From NCBI RefSeq assembly GCF_009914755.1, contig NC_060936.1: a stretch of DNA of 64,000 nt; one strand, 5' to 3'. The position numbers and the translations under genes were made by a program. Numbering within the stretch: the stretch's first letter is position 1; the number at the start of each line of letters is the position of its first letter. The notes beneath the pieces are model-generated. The model was not told where the DNA came from, did not search any database, and worked only from the letters and a program-made list of their open reading frames with translations. Shown one piece after another: positions 51,232 through 64,000 of the stretch. This DNA comes from the human T2T-CHM13v2.0 reference genome, Homo sapiens.

Positions 51232-52314
51232 TTCATGACCAAGAACCCAAAAGCAAATGCAATAAAAACAAAGATAAATCTCGGGGACCTAATTAAACTA
51301 AAGAGCTTTTGCACGGAACAGTCAGCAGAGTAAACAGACAGTCCACAGAATGAGAGAAAATCTTCACAATCTATACATCTGACAAAGGACTAATATCCAG
51401 AATCTATAACAAACAAACAAATCAGTGAGAAAAAAACAAATAATCCCATCAAAAAGTGGGCTAAGGACATGAATAGACAATTCTCAAAAGAAGATATACA
51501 AATGACCAAAAAACATGAACAAATGCTCAACATCACTAATGATCAGGGAAATGCAAATCAAAACCACAAAACTCATTCCTGCAAGAATGGCCATAATAAA
51601 AAAATCAAAACACAGTAGATGTTGGCATGGATGCAGTGAACAGGGAACACCTCTACACTGCTGGTGGGAACGTAAACTAGTACAGCCACTATGGAAAACA
51701 GTGTGGAGATTCTTTAAAGAACTAAAAGTAGAACTGCCATTTGATCTAGCAATTCCACCACTGGGTATCTACCCAGAGGAAAAAAAGTCATTATTTGAAA
51801 AAAATACTTGCACATGCATGTTTATAGCAGCACAATTCACAATTGCCAAATCATGGAACCAACCCAAATGCCCATGAATCAATGATTGGATAAAGAAACT
51901 GTGAGATATATATATATATATATATATGTATGTATATGATGGAATACTATGTAGCCATAAAAAGGAATGAATTAACAGCATTTTCAGTGATCTGAATGAG
52001 ACTGGAGACTATTATTCTAAGTGAAGTAATTCAGGAATGGAAAACCAAACATCGTATGTTCTCACTGATATGTGGGAGCTAAGCTATGAGGACGCAAAGA
52101 CATGAGAATGATACAATGGACTTTGGGGACTTGGGAAGAGTAGGAGGGGGGCGAGAGATAAAAGACTACAAATATTGTGCAGTGTATACTGCTTGAGTGA
52201 TGGGTGCACCAAAATCTCACAAATCACCACTGAAGAGCTTACCTGTGTAATCAAACACCACCTGTTCCCCAATAACTTAAGGAAAAATGAAAAGGTATGA
52301 GCAATGTTGAAAAA
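51232..52314 (+). mobile_element. 5'-truncated L1PB1/2-type element
   Basis: ORF2 C-terminus (ORF 51515-51877), PB-type 3' UTR, internal (TA)n ~51906-51927; TSD aatgcacattat at 51220-51231 and 52315-52326. Confidence 0.92.
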
Positions 52315-52942
52315 AATGCACATTATGCTGTTATTTGTTTCTTATAAATTTGATTTTTTTATGTTAATTTAAGGGAACTATATCTCTAGCAATATTACTA
52401 GTATTATTTTTTAAAATAAGGTTTTTATATATAAATATATATAATACTATATAATATGTTTGGTCCTTTATGCACACAATTTCATTTAATTATTATAATA
52501 ATCATACGTAAATGCATGTATTATCCTCATTTACAAATAGGAAAAATAAAGTGCAGTGAGATTCAAATACTTGTCCAAGGATACCCAGTCAGTATGTTGG
52601 AACACTGTGAATGCTTTTTCCCACCATAATATGTCATCTTTATGATTATTTTTAAAGACAAATTGCTTATTTTTGAAAAAAGTGCCAATGATATCTCAAG
52701 TTAGTGTAAATATCTGTGTTTAAACTATGAAAACCAAATTGTGCTACTTGTCAGTCTCTGAAGATAATTTTATATGGTAGAGCTGATACTCTTTGGTTAG
52801 ATAAAAATCACTAATGTGAATATTGTATAATACAGAACAGCATGTACTGAGGAGTCCTATTTGTTTTAACCTTAACTTTTTCTCAAATCTTATTGGTTCA
52901 TAGAACAATTATGGGAACTTCTAGAATGATAAAAATATTGCC

Positions 52943-53823
52943 TGTGATATTGTGATATAATAAGAAATACATATTTGATCTTCATCCCCAGTTCCCAGCA
53001 CAGAGCTCCTAAAACCCTTACAATAGCCTAAGTGTCGGAGGTGCTAGGAGCATTTTTTGTTCTAAAATTTGGTCTTTGACCTTGGTTTCTGACCAAGAGC
53101 TTTTAAATCTTTTGAAATTTCCTGGGCGATAGAAGCATCTTTTGTCCAAATGAGGTGACTCTTGATGGGATCCTAGATAGGGCTGGTCACCAGGAGGCCA
53201 AGCCATGATTAGAAGCTTTGAACTTTCAGCCCAACACCTATCCTCCAAGAAATGAAGACCACTGGAGATTAAGTTAATAATTGATCATGATGCTATGATG
53301 AAGCCTCCATAAAAATTCCTAAACTATGGGATTCTGAGAGTTTCCAGGCTGGTGAACACATCCACATGCTGAGAGAGTGGTGTACCCCAATTCTTTGAGG
53401 GACAGAAGTCCCTGTGCTCTGGGGTCTTCTAGAGCTTATCCTATGCACCTCTTCATCTGGCTGTTCATCTGTATCCTTTACAATGAACCTGTAAATGGAA
53501 GTAAGTGTTTTCCTGAGTTCTGTGAGCCATCACAGCAAATTATTTAACCCAAGGAAGGGGTCAAGGGGACCTCCAATTTGCAGCCAAGTTGGACAGAAGT
53601 GTGGTTACCCGCTACTTGCAATTGGTATCTGAAGTCCAGTCTTTTGAGACTGAGCCCTTAACCCACAGTGTCTGCACTAATTCCAAGTAAGTAGTATCAT
53701 AATTGAATTTAGGATATCCAGTTGGTGTGTGAAGAGTAAGAGATCAGGTTGGTGTGAGATACACCCCCGCACCTGGTGTCAGTAGACTGTAGTAGAAAAG
53801 AAAACATTTTGTTTTTCCTGTAC
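52943..53823 (+). mobile_element. MER21-family (ERVL) solo LTR
   Basis: tgtgatattgtgatataataagaaatacatattt...cacagagctcctaaaaccctt...ctgagttctgtgagccatcacagcaaatt. Confidence 0.8.
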
Positions 53824-54429
53824 ACTAAAAATAAGTTGCAATAATCACCAAGTTTTATTTTAATATTAGGAAGAAAAAACATTATTTTAGATATTTTTTG
53901 TCATTAAATATACTACTCTAAAGATCTTGACTTTCTATAATAAAAAATAAATTTTGACATGAAATTTGCAGCCTTTTAAGAAGATATTGTCAATCATTCT
54001 CCTGGCTTCTTCAGCCATTACAATTTAAGAATCAAATAGAAGAGAAATTTTTTCAGATGACAGAAATGTAGGAACATATGTGACATATACCATTGTGACT
54101 TACTGCTGAACTTGTTGAGGAAAAACATTTCTACTAACAAATTCTTATAGAAATAAATACTTCTTTCACTAAATTCTTTACAATGAGACTGGAGAGGTAG
54201 ATGATGAATATTCTGATTTTTTTCAACCTATCATGGTATTGTTCTGAGGATTGCTGGATGCAAGGAATTCTAATTGTTGTTACCCTTCAGGTGTATACCA
54301 GATACAGAGGTAACTTACCTACTTTTATACAGCCTGCATAATGAGTGATGTGGAATAAGAAAGTCAATACATTAGTAACCCAGGGTTTCAATTCTGATAC
54401 CATGAGTTAATATTCATATGGAGAGGTGG

Positions 54430-54800
<371 letters not shown>

Positions 54801-56519
54801 TTAAACAAGCTGTCTTTCATCAGCATCCAGATATCTAAGCTCAGTCCTTTGTCTAATTATTTTCCATATACGTTTGGCCTACAGTATGTTGATTTGGCTT
54901 CCATTGCTTGGTAGATCCCTCAGTGAATGAGTGTACTTACAGATAAAGATATGAGAGAGAAATAACTGGTAGGACCCAGTGTCCAGTAACATCTCTGTCA
55001 TAGCATTCACTGTAATGAAGTGCTCATCTATTATAGAAATTAAGATCTTAGAATCAACATTTTACCTTAAGAGTTTGATGTTTACTAACATTCTTCTTGT
55101 AGGGAGAGGGGCAGGGAAAGTGAAGGAGAAAGGGAGTTAAATATAAAAGCAGTTCTCAGGTAGACAACGCAATTTCCTCAGCATATTGTCCTTTCGAAGT
55201 CATAAATATTCATAGATGCATATACATCTATGTGTATACACACACGCACAACACACATATGAAAAACAAATATATGGACTTAGTTACTTGACAAACCATC
55301 CAAGAACTGCCTTTTTCTAAGTATAGTGGTCTTATTTTTCCTCCTAAAAACTGGTCTTTCTCTTTCGTGAACTCAGTAGTCTTGTGAGGTAGGATAGTTG
55401 TGAAGAGATGTATATTGCAATGCAGGGGACTTTACACAGACATATCATGTGACAAAATGGGGGTTTTGAACATTTCTGGCAGGGGAGAGGTTACTGGATC
55501 CTTCAGCATCATCTAGCCCTTCCAAAGTTAGCTTCTTGACAACAGGGATCATACCTTATTAAATTAGTTGCCAGCATTGAGTTTGGAGTCTCAAATCTAA
55601 TAGATATTCAGAAATGTTGATTGACTTAAGGCATGAGGAATATTTGCAAATTCTAATTTGTGTTATGTGGTAAGTGTAAGGTTTTACATATAAGCTATTC
55701 AAAATTACATAAATAGTATTTAGTACATTGTAATAAAACTTGCTTAAAAAGAATATTCTCCAGATAAATTCTCAAGGTCTTTTTAGTCTTTTGAAATTGT
55801 AACAAAGCTGGTTTAATTTTTGTTAAAAGGCTCTCTAGTTTCTGTGTGTCTTTTTAATAGCATCTTTGGAGTCTTCACTCAACAGAGAGCCAAGATGTCT
55901 TTCATCTTCTTAAAGTAAGCAATTTAATGCCTTTAAAATAATACTTCTGGAGTAGACACTATAAGTAAAAAGAAAAATACACATCATGGTGCTTAATTAT
56001 ACTATGATTATTCTGATAGTAAGATAAGGATTGGATATCAGCAACTTAATTTTGGGATAGGAAAATTTGTTTAATGAGAAGTTCTTTATCCCACAATTAG
56101 AAAATTATGTAGTTAGATTATGTTTTTAAGACAACACATATTTGTATGATGAAGAGGATCAGTTTCTTTCAATGGTTCCTTAGAAAACCTTTTTTTTAAA
56201 ATTATGCTTTAAGTTCGGGGTACATGTGCAGGACGTGCAGCTTTGTTACATAGTTATTATACATGTGCCATGGTGGTTTGCTGCACCCATCAACCCATCA
56301 TCTACATTAGGTATTTCTCCTAATGCTATCCCTCCCCAACTCCCCCACCCCCTAACAGGCCCCAGTGTGTGATGGCCCCCACCCCCAGTGTCCATGTGTT
56401 CTAATTGTTCAACTCCCACTTATGAGTGAGAACATGTGATGTTTGGTTTTCTGTTCTTTTGTTAGTTTGTTGAGAATGATGGTTTCCAGCTTCATCCATG
56501 TCCCTGCAAAGGACATTAA

Positions 56520-60232
<3,713 letters not shown>

Positions 60233-60295
60233 TATGATGTTAGCTGGTTATTTTGCTCGTTAGTTGATGCAGTTTCTTCCTAACCTTGATGGTCT

Positions 60296-61319
60296 TTACA
60301 TTATGGCATGATTTTGCAGTGGCTGGTACCGGTTGTTCCTTTCCATGTTTAGTGCTTCCTTCAGGAGCTCTTTTAGGGCAGGCCTGGTGGTGACAAAATC
60401 TCTCAGCATTTGCTTGTCTGTAAAGGATTTTATTTCTCCTTCGCTTGTGAAGCTTAGTTTGGCTGGATATGAGATTCTGGGTTGTAAATTCTTTTCTTTA
60501 AGAATGTTGAATATTGGCCCCCACTCTCTTCTGGCTTGTAGAGTTTCTGCTGAGAGATTCGCTGTTTGTCTGATGTGCTTCCCTTTGTGGGTAACCCGAC
60601 CTTTCTCTCTGGCTGCCCTTAACATTTTTTCCTTCATTTCAACTTTGGTGAATCTGACAATTATGTGTCTTAGTGTTGCTCTTCTCGAGGAGTATCTTTG
60701 TGGCGTTCTCTGTATTTTCCAAATTTGAATGTTGGCCTGCCTTGCTAGATTGGGGAAGTTCTCCTGGATAATATCCTGCAGAGCATTTTCCAAGTTTTTT
60801 CCATTCTCCCCATCACTTTCAGGTACACCAATCAGACGTAGATTTGGTCTTTTCACATAGTCCCATATTTCTTGGAGGCTTTGTTCATTTCTTTTTATTC
60901 TTTTTTCTTTTTTCTCTAAACTTCCTTTCTCACTTCATTTCATTCATTTCGTCTTCCATCACTGATACCCTTTCTTCCAGTTGATCGCATCGGCTCCTGA
61001 GGCTTCTTCATTCTTCATGTAGTTCTCGAGCCTTGGTTTTCACCTCCATCAGCTTCTTCAAGGACTTCTCTGCATTAGTTATTCTAGTTAGCCATTCGTC
61101 TATTTTTCTTTCAAAGTTTCTAACTTCTTTGCCATTGGTTTGAATTTCCTCCTGTAGCTCAGAGTAGTTTGATCGTCTGAAGCCTTCTCCTCTCAACTCA
61201 TCAAAGTCATTCTCCATCCAGCTTTGTTCCGTTGCTAGTGATGAGCTGCGTTCCTTTGGAGGAGGAGAGGCACTCTGCTTTTTAGAGTTTCTGGTTTTTC
61301 TGCTCTGTTTTTTCCCCAT
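60296..61319 (-). pseudogene. ORF1: L1 ORF1p, disrupted
   Basis: MGKKQSRKT... (61319-61008) and ...RPNLRLIGVPE...REKG...ARREW...YPAKLS (60856-60296), separated by a stop and a frameshift. Confidence 0.93.
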
Positions 61320-62365
61320 ATTTGTGGTTTTATCTACTTTTGGTCTTTGATGATGGTGATGTACAGATGGGTTTTTGGTGTGGATATCCTTTCCGTTTGT
61401 TAGTTTTCCTTGTAACAGTCAGGACCCTCAGCTGCAGGTCTGTTGGAGTTTGCTAGAGGTCCACTCCAGACCCTGTTTGCCTGGGTGTCAGCAGCAGTGG
61501 CTGCAGAGCAGCGGTGGCTGTAGAACAGCAGATTTTGGTGACCCGTAAATGCTGCTGCCCGATCATTTCTCTGGAAGTTTTGTCTCAGAGGAGTCCCCAG
61601 CCGTGTGAGGTGTCAGTCTGCCTCTACTGGGGGATGCCTCCCAGTTAGGGTGCTCGGGGGTCAGGGACCCACTTGAGGAGGCAGTCTGCCCATTCCCAGG
61701 TCTCCAGCTGCATGCTGGGAGAACCACTACTCTCTTCAAAGCTGTCAGACAGGGACATTTAAGTCTGCAGAGGTTACTGCTGTCTTTTTGTTTGTCTGTG
61801 CCCTGCCCCCAGAGGCAGAGCCTACAGAGGCAGGCAGGCCTCCTTGAGCTGTGGTGGGCTCCACCCAGTTTGAGCTTCCTGGCTGCTTTGTTTACCTAAT
61901 CAAGCCTGGTCAATGGCAGGCGCCCCTCCCCCAGCCTTGCTGCAACCTTGCAGTTTGATCTCAGACTGCTGTGCTAGCAATCAGTGAGACTCTGTGGGCG
62001 TAGGAGCCTCTGAGCCATGTGCAGGATATAATCTCCTGGTGTGCCGTTTTTTACGCCTGTTGGAAAAGCGCCGTATTAGGGTGGGAGTGACCTGATTTTC
62101 CAGGTGCCATCTGTCACCCCTTTCTTTGACTAGGAAAGGGAACTCCCTGACCCCTTGCACTTCCCAAGTGAGGCAGTGCCTCCCCCTGCTTTGGTTCATG
62201 CACAGTGTACTGCACCCACTGTCCTGCACCCACTGTCTGGCACTCCCTAGTGAGATGAACCTGGCACCTCAGATGGAAATGCAGAAATCACCCATCTTCT
62301 GCGTCGCTCACGCTGGGAGCTGTAGACTGGAGCTGTTCCTATTTGGCCATCTTGGCTCCACCCCT

Positions 62366-63703
62366 CAACATTCTTAAAGTAAATAATTTTTAACCCAGAA
62401 TCTCATATCCAGCCAAACTAAGCTTCATAAGTGAAGGAGAAGTAAAATCCTTTACAGACAAACAAATGCTGAGAGATTTTGTCACCACCAGGCCTACCTT
62501 ACAAGAGCTCCTGAAGGAAGCACTAAACATGGAAAGGAGCAACCGGTACCAGCCACTGCAAAAACATACCAAACTGTAAGGACCATTGACACTATGAAGA
62601 AACTGCATCAATTAATGGGCAAAATAACCGCTAGCATCATAATGACAGCATCAAATTCACACATAACAATATTAACCTTAAATGTGAATGGGCTATATGC
62701 CCCAATTAAAAGACACAGACTGGCAAATTGAACAGAGTCAAGACCCATCTGTGTGCTGCATTCAGGAGACCCATCTCACATGCAAAGAAACACATAGGCT
62801 CAAAAAGAAGGGATGGAGGAATATTTACCAAGCAAATGGAAAGCAAGAAAAAGCAGGGGTTGCAATCCTAGTCTCTGATAAAACAGACTTTAAACCAACA
62901 AAGTTCAAAAGAGGCAAAGAAGGGCATTACATAATGGTAAAGGAATCAATGCAACAAGAAGAGCTAACTATCCTAAATATATATGCACCCAATACAGGAA
63001 CACCGAAATTCATGAAGCAAGTTCTTAGAGACCTACAAAGAGACTTAGACTCCCACACAGTAATAATGGGAGACTTTAACACCCACTGTCAATATTAGAC
63101 AGATCAATGAGACAGAAATTTAACAAGGATATCCAGGACTTGAACTCATCTCTGGACCAAGCAGACCTAATAGACATCTACAGAACTCTCCACTCCAAAT
63201 CAACAGAATATACATTCTTCTCAGCACCACATCTCACTTATTCTAAAATTGACCACATAATTGGAAGTAAACACTCCTCAGCAAATGCAAAAGAACAGAA
63301 ATCACAACAAACAGTCTCTCAGACCACAGTGCAATCAAATTAGAACTCAGGATTAAGAAACTCACTCCAAACTGCACAACTACATGGAAACTGGACAACC
63401 TGCTCCTGAATGACTACTGGGTAAACAATGAAATTCAGGCACAAATAAAGATGTTCTTTGAAACCAATGAGAACAAAGACACAACGTACTAGAATCTCTG
63501 GGACACATTGAAAGCAGTGTGTAGAGGGAAATTTATAGCACTAATTGCCCACAAGAGAAAGCAGGAAGGATCTAAAATCAGCACCCTAACATCACAATTG
63601 AAAGAACTAGAGAATCAAGAGCAAACAAATTGAAAAGCTAGCAGAATACAAGAAATAACTAAGATCGGGGCAGAACTGAAGGAGATAGAGAAAAAAAAAC
63701 CCC
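62366..63703 (+). mobile_element. L1PA6-8-like internal segment (ORF1 end to ORF2 EN), opposite orientation to the adjacent L1
   Basis: ORF track 62688-63098 and 63107-63343 are EN fragments; no poly-A; followed by tccttagacaatct matching 56177-56190. Confidence 0.92.
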
Positions 63704-64000
63704 TCCTTAGACAATCTCGTAAGTCTAAGAGCTTATTGGCAATTTCAATTGTCTATTTACTTGTCTTATACCCTTCTAGACTTGAGAGTGGGGACTGGTC
63801 TTGTTAACCATTTGTCCCTTGCAGCTAATATAGTAAACAATATATAAAAGTTACAGATATTAGCTATTTGGAAACTATTTTGAACTAAAAATTGCTACAG
63901 ATTGACATTTCAACTATTGAAATGGCTGAATAGCCATAGCAATTTTTTTTCACATATTACTGGATTAAGTATAAAGCAGAACATTCAAGATTTTCATGCC

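Noticed and set aside
61913-61987. L1 antisense ORF0 (ATG at 61913, MAGAPPPA...)
   Set aside because: Terminated by TGA at codon 25, so not intact.

Overview
Primate (human-like) AT-rich, non-coding DNA made mostly of nested interspersed repeats: LINE-1 of several ages, Alus, MaLR/ERV LTRs (MST, THE1, MLT1, MER11, LTR12, MER21), a gag/pol-deleted but env-retaining HERV-H provirus, DNA transposon fossils (MER1, Tigger1, MER44, MER5) and MIR/L2 relics. I found no intact host protein-coding gene. The long ORFs in the track are broken L1 ORF1/ORF2 or HERV-H env, or come from Alu, LTR and GC-rich sequence. One GC-rich 1.2-kb retrocopied mRNA 3' end (poly-A, TSD) is present, and I could not name its parent. 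I see no evidence of a new multi-gene biological system. The most unusual signals are structural. (i) A 262-bp piece of L1 ORF1 sits inverted inside another L1 5.5 kb from a 96%-identical local donor, with no poly-A. (ii) An apparently full-length L1 looks like a young/old chimera inside an older twin-primed L1 bounded by a single TSD. (iii) A 3'-truncated, tail-less Alu is still flanked by a TSD. Subfamily names come from recalled consensus sequences and need RepeatMasker/Dfam confirmation.
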